DNA of 64,000 nucleotides from a virus (Duplodnaviria; Heunggongvirae; Uroviricota; Caudoviricetes): IMG/VR virus record IMGVR_UViG_3300037067_007156, positions 557,519 to 621,518 of that record; one strand, 5' to 3'. Shown piece by piece: positions 19,826 to 30,545 of this stretch (position 1 is its first letter; each line of letters starts with the position of its first letter). The notes under the pieces were generated by a model. It saw only the letters and a program-made list of their open reading frames with translations, ran no database searches and was not told where the DNA came from. The position numbers and the translations under genes were made by a program.

Positions 19826-22800
19826 TTAAGCAGCATTAAATCCACCAGAAGAAATTTGTCCTGTGCTAAGTATTGTTATATTATTAACGATAATACCAAG
19901 ACCTTTAACAATCTCAACAAAAGTATCTAATATGCCCATTTGATTGTCAATTACGTCTTTCGTGTTATTGCTGTCGTCGATTACGTTTCTAAAATCATAT
20001 AAGGCATTAGCATCGAGGAATTCTTTACAAATTTTATCTGCACGGTATTTAATTTCGGCACGTACAGTAGGAGTATTGAATTTCCAATGATAACGAAGCA
20101 ACATATTATACAAAGAATTTTCAAGTTCAATCAACACTTCTCTTGAATGTATATAACTTAAAGAAGTTATAGGGTTCATTTGTGCCGTACTTTCCGAATT
20201 AATATAGAAACCATTGTTTATATCACGAATGATTGGGTTAGCCCCCATTTCATACATGTCTTCAAGGTCTTCGTTTGTGAAGTCCATTTCAGTTCCACCG
20301 ACAGACACTTTACCATTACTCAAACCAGCGCAAATTGTCCATGCTTGAATACCAGCTGTCGAGGTTATATGTTTTTGCATATATGTAGAAGCCACGAACA
20401 TTGCCGGAGGACACGACTTCTCAACACCGGATGTAGTGTCGTTTCCATAAGGAAAGAAGTATCCAACACACGATTCACCTACACCTTGACCAAATGAGTA
20501 TAAGAATGATGGGTTTTTATCCAAATCACCACCTTGTTTTACAAAGGTTAAGCTCAATGAACCATCATCATTAACAAAACTTGGGTTAGTAGATTTTCTA
20601 AACATACGTGCAGAAGGCATGTTAAGGAAACCAAAACAGTTTAATTTTTTACCACAAAGTGACATTAATTCTTGTTTTGAACCGTCAACTAAACCAAGCC
20701 CGAATGAATCTACTAAATATCTCCAAGCAATTTTATTTTTATTAATCAAACCTTTAGATAAAGAGGTGTCGGCATTTTTACCGATGACAGAAAGAATTTC
20801 TTCCTGACGAGTTTCAGTACCATTAGGTATAGAATCCTGACTAATTTTAAATGGTGGTATCGCAACACCTTTATATTCAGTTACATAAGTATCAATTGAA
20901 GGATATGCAGTAGTCATATAATCAGTTGTACCTGATAAGTCATTATCAACCACTTTAATTGGTGCGTCTGCATAAAGAATTTTAAGACTTGCGTCAACTG
21001 AATCAATAGCAGTTTTAATAATTCTTACCATTTTACGTGGCATTTCAGAACCAGCAGCTATTTCAATATCTGTTGTATCATAATATCCTTCTAAATATGT
21101 TCCAATAGTTATTTCAGAATAACGGTTTTTATCAACTTTTATTTCGGTTATCTTAGAGAAATCGGTAGCTGTAAAGCTTTCAATTTCGATTGTTTGTTGA
21201 TAATTTCCCCTATTTGACCATATAATTAATTCTGAACCATAACCAGATGGCATAGCAGTTGACCAGTTTGCTGTTGTAATTAAACCAGAATCTGGTTCTT
21301 TTGAACCTGCGAACTGTACCGTTAATATATTATTTCTTAAATATGGTCTGATATAAACTTTAGTCACACCGAACATGGTTGGGTCTACATTGTTTACAAC
21401 AAAATAGTCAAGAGCGTTGATAATACCATCAACATAATTTTGATAGAATGTTGAATATTTAGCTACAATACCAGTAGTATCAGAACCATTAAACATTTCA
21501 TATCTTGTTATTGCCTGATTAGTATTATTACCTAATATAAATTCATCATCAACATAATATAATAATAAACTACCAGTTGTTACATAATTTGCAACTGTAT
21601 CAACATAAATTTTAATTTTTGCATTTTCGGTTGTTGACCAGTCAGTGATAAGATAATTAGCCCCAATTGTGTATTTAAACCTATTAACAGCAGTTGATAT
21701 AATAACAGCTTTACCACTTTGAATATTTTCAGCAACATCATCATATATTTTATATATTCTTAAATCAGCATAATTTGTCAGACTCTTAACTCCTAATGTT
21801 CCTGTGAATTCAATAGTAATTGATGTATCACCAGTATTTAATGGGTCAGTTGTATCTGATATATAGATACCAGCTGTGCCACTACCAACAGCGGTTATTG
21901 TTATTGGAACGTAACCAGATGAATCCACTGTTACAGGATGATAAGTTAATGTTGTTACACCACTTGAATTTAATACTTCAACATAACCAAGATGAATTGT
22001 GTCTTCGTTGTTTACATTATAATATGGTAATGTAGTAGTATCACCTGAAAGAATTTCAGAACCTTTTATTATATTAACCAAAGTATTATCAGATGTTAAA
22101 TAAAGGTGGTCATAACGTTTAACTTCACTATTTACAAGTGGGTCAAGTAATGTATCATAAAAATTATCACCGACACCTGTAAAAGTTATTTTCGAACCAG
22201 TTATTACATAATAAGCATCAGCAGTTACAACGTTAAATTTAATTGTATGATTAGTTGTACCGGAAGTTGCTGATAAATAATTAAAATTATAAGTAGTCCA
22301 TTTATTAAAACTGTCTGTTCTATTTGATGGAGTTGAACTTACAATACTACCCATACCAAAAACATTTCCTGATGAATCAAGATATTTTTGTGGATAAGTA
22401 ACATCTTCGTTTAATGTTTCTTTATAAGAAAGAAAATCGATTTCAGTCTGGTCAGTATCAACTAATGTGTTACCAATAATATCTATTTTTCCTTCTGGAT
22501 AATCTGCACCTAATAATAAGTCTTCATTGTACGCACAGAATAAACCTGTTTTATCAGTATCATTATTTATTACATTTTTAATATACATATCACGACCAGA
22601 CTTATCTTTAAAGTTTGGAATTAAACATACATCATAATTTGCTAAAATAGACACATTTCTATTGTTCACGAAATCCTGAACTTTATCTTTCATCAAACCA
22701 GTTGATGAAAAATATTTACTATAAGTTGTATCAACACTTAAAGTATTATAATCAGTCCAATCACCGCCTATTACAAGAACTGTTATCAAATAATCTGATA

Positions 22801-23404
22801 TAAGGTCTTTAGAATTGATAAATTCTGGTACATTTAATAAACCACCGTACCAGTTTTCAGCTGTTACATCAAATCCACTTGTTGAAGATTTGAACATAAA
22901 TGTGGTAAAAGTCTTATCACCCATGTTGGTGATATGTAACAACCTTTCTGTATCATCACTTGTGTCATTTACAACATCAAGAAATGATTCATCATCTCTT
23001 TTCCAAAAATCTTGACGATTAAAAAATCTTTCATAAGCAGATTGATTTAATGAACCATTAAAATATTGTGAAGATACAGAAACAGATTTCCATTGCAACT
23101 TATCACGAGTGGCATCAGTTTTTAATAAATTTAAAGCCCAAATAGGGCCAGTTTCTAACATTTTTAAAGCTGTTCTATGGAAAAATGAACCTTTATTTTC
23201 TAACTGTTTATCGAGTGTTCCAAATATCTTTTCAAAATCGTTTGAATTATCGACATAGACTGGGTTATTTATTGTTCCTTTTCGAGAAAAACCGGGTACA
23301 AGATTTATTAAAACGTCTTGCACTGGAAGCTCAACTAATGAGTTATCAAATTCTTCGATGAATATACCGGGGCGTTTGTACTTACCTAAGTCTCTTATTG
23401 GCAT
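19826..23404 (-). CDS. Contractile tail sheath protein (gp18-like) with large central insertion
   Basis: RPGIFIEEFD N-terminus; C-terminal YDFRNVIDDSNNTKDVID sheath motif; 1192 aa. Confidence 0.9.
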   Translation of the reverse strand: MPIRDLGKYKRPGIFIEEFDNSLVELPVQDVLINLVPGFSRKGTINNPVYVDNSNDFEKIFGTLDKQLENKGSFFHRTALKMLETGPIWALNLLKTDATRDKLQWKSVSVSSQYFNGSLNQSAYERFFNRQDFWKRDDESFLDVVNDTSDDTERLLHITNMGDKTFTTFMFKSSTSGFDVTAENWYGGLLNVPEFINSKDLISDYLITVLVIGGDWTDYNTLSVDTTYSKYFSSTGLMKDKVQDFVNNRNVSILANYDVCLIPNFKDKSGRDMYIKNVINNDTDKTGLFCAYNEDLLLGADYPEGKIDIIGNTLVDTDQTEIDFLSYKETLNEDVTYPQKYLDSSGNVFGMGSIVSSTPSNRTDSFNKWTTYNFNYLSATSGTTNHTIKFNVVTADAYYVITGSKITFTGVGDNFYDTLLDPLVNSEVKRYDHLYLTSDNTLVNIIKGSEILSGDTTTLPYYNVNNEDTIHLGYVEVLNSSGVTTLTYHPVTVDSSGYVPITITAVGSGTAGIYISDTTDPLNTGDTSITIEFTGTLGVKSLTNYADLRIYKIYDDVAENIQSGKAVIISTAVNRFKYTIGANYLITDWSTTENAKIKIYVDTVANYVTTGSLLLYYVDDEFILGNNTNQAITRYEMFNGSDTTGIVAKYSTFYQNYVDGIINALDYFVVNNVDPTMFGVTKVYIRPYLRNNILTVQFAGSKEPDSGLITTANWSTAMPSGYGSELIIWSNRGNYQQTIEIESFTATDFSKITEIKVDKNRYSEITIGTYLEGYYDTTDIEIAAGSEMPRKMVRIIKTAIDSVDASLKILYADAPIKVVDNDLSGTTDYMTTAYPSIDTYVTEYKGVAIPPFKISQDSIPNGTETRQEEILSVIGKNADTSLSKGLINKNKIAWRYLVDSFGLGLVDGSKQELMSLCGKKLNCFGFLNMPSARMFRKSTNPSFVNDDGSLSLTFVKQGGDLDKNPSFLYSFGQGVGESCVGYFFPYGNDTTSGVEKSCPPAMFVASTYMQKHITSTAGIQAWTICAGLSNGKVSVGGTEMDFTNEDLEDMYEMGANPIIRDINNGFYINSESTAQMNPITSLSYIHSREVLIELENSLYNMLLRYHWKFNTPTVRAEIKYRADKICKEFLDANALYDFRNVIDDSNNTKDVIDNQMGILDTFVEIVKGLGIIVNNITILSTGQISSGGFNAA

Positions 23405-23527
23405 AGTATTTTAATTATTTTTTATTTCTTTCACTTATATATTAATTTAAAATTCAGTAATTTTTTCTTTTTTATATATTTAATTTTTTATATAAAAATA
23501 TTCTATATAATTTTGCTATAAATAATT

Positions 23528-24247
23528 TTGTATATGTATTATGATACTATCATATTGAGATTTTTTGATGATGAATCCGTGAAGAAGGAAAATAATTATT
23601 ATTTTAAAGAAGAAACTTCTTATAGAGAACAATATAAAAAATATATAGATTTCTATTGGAGAATCCGTCTTTCTACTAAAAAATCTCATGAAACAAGAAA
23701 TACTTTCATAACTATTCTCGAATTGAAACAATATTTCAATAAAATATTTCCATTAGTAACATCATATATTAAATTTGATAATCCAAATATTAATGATAAC
23801 ACTATTGTTTACGTGAAAATTAGTGGTAGGGGAAAAAATTTAAATTACAATTTAACTGAACTTGGGCGTTTTATAAACTCAAAAAAATGTACAGCATTTG
23901 ATGTTAAATATGGTATTTTTTTAAATGAATTAGAATCTTTTAAAAGAAAAATACACAAAATTTCAAGAAAAATTGATATAGCATGTCATAATGAAACTGG
24001 ATATGCCATATATTGTTATATAAAAAATGATAATTGGGGATGTTATAAAAAAGCTACATCAGTTTTAATATTAAAAGATATTATTCTAAAAAATAGTAAA
24101 AATTCATATGAGAATATATTCATAAAAGAAATAGTGACAGCTTTTTATTTTGAATATATCAATAATTCTTTAACAGAAGAATATATAGAACCAGAATACT
24201 TACCTTTACTGAGAAAATTTAAATTAACTCAGATACTTACTGATTAA
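23528..24247 (+). CDS. Hypothetical protein with C-terminal RxxKLxxI motif
   Basis: ORF ends LRKFKLTQILTD. Confidence 0.45.
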   Translation: MYMYYDTIILRFFDDESVKKENNYYFKEETSYREQYKKYIDFYWRIRLSTKKSHETRNTFITILELKQYFNKIFPLVTSYIKFDNPNINDNTIVYVKISGRGKNLNYNLTELGRFINSKKCTAFDVKYGIFLNELESFKRKIHKISRKIDIACHNETGYAIYCYIKNDNWGCYKKATSVLILKDIILKNSKNSYENIFIKEIVTAFYFEYINNSLTEEYIEPEYLPLLRKFKLTQILTD

Positions 24248-25430
24248 GAAGATGATTTCTATGTTTATAAAAAATTTCTTCAACTTGTTCTTTATATTTG
24301 GATGGATATGATATTGAATCGTGTACTGTAAATAAATGTATTTCAGGGTGTCTAAATAGTATTTCATTAACTACTTTATTAAAAATAAATTCACTTTCTT
24401 TTTTCTGTAAATAATGAGAAAGACTTTTATAAGAACCCGTTTCACTTTTATATTTTTTAATGAAATCAAATACTTCTGGATATATTGACTTAAATATTTT
24501 ATTTTCCTTATAATACTCTTTATTTTTACCAAATAAAACTTTAAACATAAATATTTTGGCTTCATCTCTTGATATAATTTTACCATTACATTTCGCTAAT
24601 AAATCTTCATATAATAAACCATTCTCAACTAAATTTATATATTCTTTGAGTTTTTCAGGAGGATTATAATTATATTTTTCATTAATAAGTACACCTAAAA
24701 ATAATGGTTGTGAATTTTTAATATCAATCTCAGATATATTTTCACCGTCAATTGTAATAAATTGATGTCTGATGTCTTTTTTTAAGATTGTGAAATTGGA
24801 ATGAAATCTACCAAACCCGTCAAACTTGTAAAATAAATCATTTTCAAATAACTGCATGATTGATATATGATTTTTTAAAAACGAATTATCATTTATTATA
24901 TTTTTATTTTTCAATTCAATAAGATAATCTAATGCATTTTTAGAATCAATTTCAACATGATTTAAGTCAGAAACTAATTTAATTCTAACGGATTCGAAAA
25001 TAGTTGATTGATTTAAATCTGTAAAATTATAATGGGCGTTTTTATCGTCAAGTTTTCTTCTTAGGAACATATCATAAAATGGATATCTTTTAATTTTAGA
25101 ATTTGCAAGGAAATCCAAGTTCATCATATATCTTTTTGAAATGTTACCCATTTTATGTTTTTCAAATTCATGCATAAATCCGGTATTAACTAAGTAATTA
25201 ATATAATTTTTATAAAATTTGCCGTATAAACCTTGCATTATTTTTGACCAAATTGGAAATATATAATCACCATTGAACGTGTATTTAGTTATCATTTCAT
25301 TGATAATGTGGGCTAAATATGAAGTTTTTAAATCTTGACCATTAAAATTTATGGTGTTTGTTTCGGTTAAATATTTTAAAGTGTCTGGTAAAAAACATAA
25401 TATTCGGAATTCTCTCAGTTGTTTTCTCAT
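24237..25430 (-). CDS. Minimal family-A-like polymerase domain protein
   Basis: GRFHS; motif A IDIKNSQ; motif B RDEAK...VLFG; motif C TVHDSI; no exonuclease domain. Confidence 0.65.
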   Translation of the reverse strand: MRKQLREFRILCFLPDTLKYLTETNTINFNGQDLKTSYLAHIINEMITKYTFNGDYIFPIWSKIMQGLYGKFYKNYINYLVNTGFMHEFEKHKMGNISKRYMMNLDFLANSKIKRYPFYDMFLRRKLDDKNAHYNFTDLNQSTIFESVRIKLVSDLNHVEIDSKNALDYLIELKNKNIINDNSFLKNHISIMQLFENDLFYKFDGFGRFHSNFTILKKDIRHQFITIDGENISEIDIKNSQPLFLGVLINEKYNYNPPEKLKEYINLVENGLLYEDLLAKCNGKIISRDEAKIFMFKVLFGKNKEYYKENKIFKSIYPEVFDFIKKYKSETGSYKSLSHYLQKKESEFIFNKVVNEILFRHPEIHLFTVHDSISYPSKYKEQVEEIFYKHRNHLLNQ

Positions 25431-25683
25431 CGGTTATTACAATTCTTTTTACAGTTATATTCTAAATTATATTCAAAGTTTGCTAAAAAGTACAACTTAA
25501 CGAATGCTAATTTTATGATGATATAAATCATCAGTTCATCAGATTTTAATCATTCATATATGAAAATATACACTTTCATAAAAGCATAATGACTTTTTTA
25601 TAAAGGTTTCGTAGAAAAACTAAAAGAAACTAAAACAATATTTATATATATTGGATATAAATAAAAAATGAATATTTTAAATA

Positions 25684-26226
25684 GTGAAATATAATAAACA
25701 TATGGAATTCTTAAAAAAAGAATATGAGCATATTGAAAATGGGGTTTTTGTTTATGAAAACAACTCTATTTTTTCGAAACCCGAACTGCCTTATAATGAA
25801 ATAGAGGAAAGTCTATCAGATTTTGATATAAAAGATAAGAAAAAATTAAATTATGTGGCAGTCGAATTAGTACAAAATGTTCTTAAACATCATGACGAAA
25901 CCTGTGAAAAAAATATAGAACCAGTCTTTGTTATTCATCAACAGGAAAATCAAATTATGATGTTTACTGGTAATATAGTAAGTAAAGATAATTTCGAAAA
26001 AATAAAATATCATATCGATAAAATAAATTCGTTAGATGAAGAACAATTACATGATTTTTATAAACATGTATTAAATGATGTGGGATATACTGAAAAGGGT
26101 GGAGCTGGATTAGGTCTAATTGATATATCTCGAAAGACTAAAACCAAATTAAAATATGCGACCAAAAGACTAACAGATGAATATTTTTATTTTTACAACA
26201 TAATTTTTTATAATTTACAAAATTAA
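25684..26226 (+). CDS. SiaB-family (GHKL-like) protein kinase
   Basis: VELVQNVLKH and KGGAGLGLIDISRKT motifs. Confidence 0.75.
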   Translation: MKYNKHMEFLKKEYEHIENGVFVYENNSIFSKPELPYNEIEESLSDFDIKDKKKLNYVAVELVQNVLKHHDETCEKNIEPVFVIHQQENQIMMFTGNIVSKDNFEKIKYHIDKINSLDEEQLHDFYKHVLNDVGYTEKGGAGLGLIDISRKTKTKLKYATKRLTDEYFYFYNIIFYNLQN

Positions 26227-27533
26227 AAATGGGAGTTTAAAATTCCCATTTTTTATTTATATTTGTTGATTATATTTTTAAAAATGGTTGGTAACTGCAA
26301 ATTTGATATGAAAACTAAAGATAATTTTTTTGACCCAAAAAAATATAAAAGCGGAAAAGTAACAATTTTCCCAACAAGTGAAGAATTTAAAAGAGAACTT
26401 AAAGTTAAACTACGAAAAAAAAAACTTGACCAAATATTTGGAGATGAACTTAGATAATAAATATTTTCAAGGATTACACTATTATGTAGTTACTACGAAT
26501 AGAATATTAAATAATACACCTGAAAAATTTATTACTGAGTATTGCAAAAGATATTGTAATAAAGCTTTATATATGGATATGGATGGTTTGGTTATACATT
26601 TAAATAATGTATTAAATGAATATATAATAGGCAATAAAATAAAAAATAATAGAATTAAAATATGTTTACCATATGTATATCAACAAATAAAATTAAGTGG
26701 ATTGATACAATATAAAATTAAAATAAAAGGTTATAAAGGTGCAATTTGTTCAATATATAATCTTTTATATTTTAATAGTGTTGGAAATTATAATAGTCCA
26801 GATATACAAAATATGTATTTATCCAATAATGACAAGATGCAAATTAAACATTTATTCTTAAATTTACGTAAAGAAAAACTAAAAGAAATTTGTAATGAAT
26901 AAAATAATAAAACATTATAGTTATAGATTTAATATGAGCGGTATGGAAGAATGTTTGAAAAGTTTTCATGCTGATTATTTGAAAAAAAATTAATTCAAGA
27001 ACGAAAAGAAAAAATTAAAAACATTTTAAATGAATAATATTTTTTTCGTATATGATTCTGATGTAGCACGAACTAGTATAATAGCTTCTAAAAAATCAAC
27101 TTGAATTGAATATTAAAACCATTGAAACATATTATAGAGACATTAAATTGATGGAATTGAGAGAATTGAGGAAGAAAAAAATACAAATTCTTCTGAATGA
27201 ATAAAAACCGCTTAATTGGCGGTTTTTTTAATATTAAAAAAAGTATTGTAATATTTTTTTATTCGAATAATTTGATATATTTTTGTATTGATTAATAAAT
27301 AAAATTATATGGAACTATTTACAAATATCGAATTTAAAGTGTCAGAGTTTGATAAAATTGATAAAATTTTATACGTTTTGACCAGTGAGGGATGGGAAAT
27401 TATAGATACAAAAGTATTTTCAATTACACGTCCCAATAAACCAAAAGAAATTACCGGGAAACTATATAATTTTAAACGAATAATTTGATATATTTTTGTA
27501 TTATGTTTATTATTCACTAAAAAAATATACAAC

Positions 27534-28394
27534 ATGAAATCAAAAAAAATACTTGAATATCCATACATACAAGAGGATGTACTGGATAAAGCCGATAAAT
27601 TTGAAATTCAACATGAAAAACTTACAGTAAAAACTTCATATGACCATAGAGTTTTAGCTGTTGTGGATGTATCTGAAAAATATTGGTCTTTTGATTTCAA
27701 AACATTTGCAATTAATATTATAAAAACCATTAATCGTTATTTTTCACCAGAAAAATATAGTTTTCGTATAAATGGTGGTGCACAAGAAATACGTCTTGTG
27801 GGTGGTGTTGTGAAAGTTGGTGATGACATTTATTACAAAATGTTCAACCTTGTTAATTCTTCTGATAAATCGAGAGCGTTGCAAATGAATATTGGTCTTA
27901 TACGTGAAGCTAACAATGCACCCGTTATTATCTCAGTTGAAAATGAAAATGCGTCAGTATCGGGTCGTCATTTTTACAAATCACTACCAGATAGATTAAA
28001 TCATTTTGTTGATATATTACCGGAATTTAATATCATCATTGATAAACAGGTTACTCATCTTCAAAAGCTTGAACACAGTGATGTGTCATTAAAGGCTCTT
28101 TATCGGGAAATGCTAAGGGAAGATGAAGATGGTGTTATTAAACCTTCAGATATATTACGTGTCAGGGCTTTAAATAAAAGGTTATTGAAAGCTCGAATAC
28201 CAGAAGTAATGAATATTACAACTCGTGAACTTGACCTGCTTAATCACCCAAAAGACTTATTTAAAAGTTCTTTTGACATTAAAGTGAATGCTAAACAAAT
28301 TGTAAATCTTTTCACTGAGATATATTCACATAGAGATTCAACAACTATTGAAAGAGAATGTCGTAGGTTGGTTGAAATCCTTGATAAAATATAA
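27534..28394 (+). CDS. DUF932-like protein; paralog of the N-terminal domain of 28909..30396
   Basis: LVNSSDKSRALQMNIGLIR...H; similar to the downstream gene throughout. Confidence 0.45.
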   Translation: MKSKKILEYPYIQEDVLDKADKFEIQHEKLTVKTSYDHRVLAVVDVSEKYWSFDFKTFAINIIKTINRYFSPEKYSFRINGGAQEIRLVGGVVKVGDDIYYKMFNLVNSSDKSRALQMNIGLIREANNAPVIISVENENASVSGRHFYKSLPDRLNHFVDILPEFNIIIDKQVTHLQKLEHSDVSLKALYREMLREDEDGVIKPSDILRVRALNKRLLKARIPEVMNITTRELDLLNHPKDLFKSSFDIKVNAKQIVNLFTEIYSHRDSTTIERECRRLVEILDKI

Positions 28395-28908
28395 TATTTA
28401 AAAATAAAAATATTAAAAACCGATTCTTCTTGTGAGAATCGGTTTTTTTTTTACCTTTGGAGTAAGAGATACCATCTTAAAAAATTAACATATTGTTTCA
28501 CTCTTAAAATTAATGTGAATATTATAGATACAATATTGATAAAAAATTAATCTAAAAACTTGTGATTCTAAAAGTTTCACTGGTGAAAAATAATTTCCTT
28601 TATTATTTTGTGAAATATAACATGAAAATGTTATAGAGGTTGTGTGATAATCAAACAACTTTAAATTAAATTATTTTGTGTTTATTTAATAAATAAGAAT
28701 AAAAATATAAAAAATAATTATGTGATAATATAACATATATTATTTGATTAATTAACAATTAAATAAATAAAAGATGTGAGTTGATAAACATAGATATAAT
28801 ATTAAGTTTTTTGGTTATGACTTAAAAATAAAAATATTTTTTTAAAAAAAGTAAACTATTTACTTAAAATGAACTAAAAGCGTAAGTTATCAATTAAAAA
28901 TAAACCTT

Positions 28909-30396
28909 ATGAGAAAAACATTTGAACGTTCAGGGACATATAATAGCAGAGAATTAAAACATATTTTAACTAATTTAAAAACACGAATTGAAATTGAAGA
29001 AGGAAAAAAAATATTACATATTACTTTTGAAGATATAGAAATTGCGAAATGCGAATCAACTCATAAAAAACTTCTTTTCCAACATCCAGTATTCAATGAT
29101 TTAATTCTTAAAAAATTTAAAGAAAACGAAATTAACCCAATGTTATATTCATTTTCAGTTTATGATGATGGACAATACGAATTAAGTTTTATATGCAAAC
29201 CTTTATATATTAATAGTGAAGATTATACCCAACTTATTTCTTTCTCGGATTCTGTTAATGGTAAAATATCATCTCAATTAAATATGGGGTTAATATTTCG
29301 GGAAAATAATAGCAAATCTTTCATTACTTATAATAATAGTCATACATCTCATCGATTTAAACATAGTAAATATTCATATGTTACAAAAATAGAAACAATT
29401 TCGGATAAATTGAAATTATTTCCTAAAGCAATTGAAAGGCAAGTTAATACAATAGAAAGATTAAAAAATGAAAAACTTCCTTATAGAAGTGTTGTAAATA
29501 AATTATTAGCTTATGATACTAATGGTCAAATAAAATTAGGTGAAAGACAAAAAATACTTGGTTTGAATAGACGAGTTCGTAAAAATTTAAATATCAAGGA
29601 AGAAATTTTAATATATAGTTTAAAGACACCAGAGACATTCTTGGAATCTGGTTTGGATTTTAACGTAAATACCTTAGACATATTTCATCAATATATGGAC
29701 ATGTTTTCTAATAAAGATGCTGGTGCTATTTGTCGGGAAACAGATAGAATAATAGAAATATTGTTCACATTGTTCGAAGAAAATAATATTCAAAATAAAT
29801 GTGAAAAAATATTTGAAAATAAAGTAGGTGTAATTTTCAAAAAGTATTATAATAAACATTTTAATAATTTGAGTTGGCATCTTGCTAAATACACTAAAAG
29901 TCTTGATTCTGCACAAGAATTTGCGAATGAAGCTTTTATACAAGCTTTAGAAAAAATAGAGTCTTATAATCCTGAAAAATCACAATTCAATACTTGGTTA
30001 TATAGAATTGCTGAAAATATTGTAAAAAAATCTTTTAAAGACGAAAAAAGAATGAATGTTGTGTCGTTTGAAAATAATGCTAATAATTCAAATGATGATG
30101 AAGATAGTGGTGTCAATCTATTAAATTTAATACCGTGTGATTCTGGTGATGATGACTCTAATCAACAAATATTGACTGAAAAAAAGGCTGAAATAATACG
30201 AAACGTTATTTATACTTTACCAATCAAATATGAAAAGTATAAAAAAGTTTTAATCATGAGGGAAATTGAAGGTATGCAATATCAGGAAATATCAAATGCT
30301 TTAGGAATAAATCTTTCTACGATAAAATCGCAACTTTTGAAAGGTAGAGAACTGGTTTCCAATAAGGTAGATGTTATGTTTAAAAAATTGGAATGA
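28909..30396 (+). CDS. Fusion protein: DUF932-like N-terminal domain plus ECF sigma-70 factor
   Basis: C-terminal AQEFANEAFIQA...YNPEKSQFNTWLYRIAEN and MREIEGMQYQEISNALGINLSTIKSQL. Confidence 0.85.
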   Translation: MRKTFERSGTYNSRELKHILTNLKTRIEIEEGKKILHITFEDIEIAKCESTHKKLLFQHPVFNDLILKKFKENEINPMLYSFSVYDDGQYELSFICKPLYINSEDYTQLISFSDSVNGKISSQLNMGLIFRENNSKSFITYNNSHTSHRFKHSKYSYVTKIETISDKLKLFPKAIERQVNTIERLKNEKLPYRSVVNKLLAYDTNGQIKLGERQKILGLNRRVRKNLNIKEEILIYSLKTPETFLESGLDFNVNTLDIFHQYMDMFSNKDAGAICRETDRIIEILFTLFEENNIQNKCEKIFENKVGVIFKKYYNKHFNNLSWHLAKYTKSLDSAQEFANEAFIQALEKIESYNPEKSQFNTWLYRIAENIVKKSFKDEKRMNVVSFENNANNSNDDEDSGVNLLNLIPCDSGDDDSNQQILTEKKAEIIRNVIYTLPIKYEKYKKVLIMREIEGMQYQEISNALGINLSTIKSQLLKGRELVSNKVDVMFKKLE

Positions 30397-30545
30397 TGTG
30401 ATATTTTTTTATAATATATACAACAGATGAGAATTGAATTTTTCTAATATATTTCGGAATATCTTTAAAATAAGATAAGGTGTGATTATAGGTACTCATA
30501 AGAGTTATGAATTAATTTTTAATTTATATTTATCATTAAATTAAT

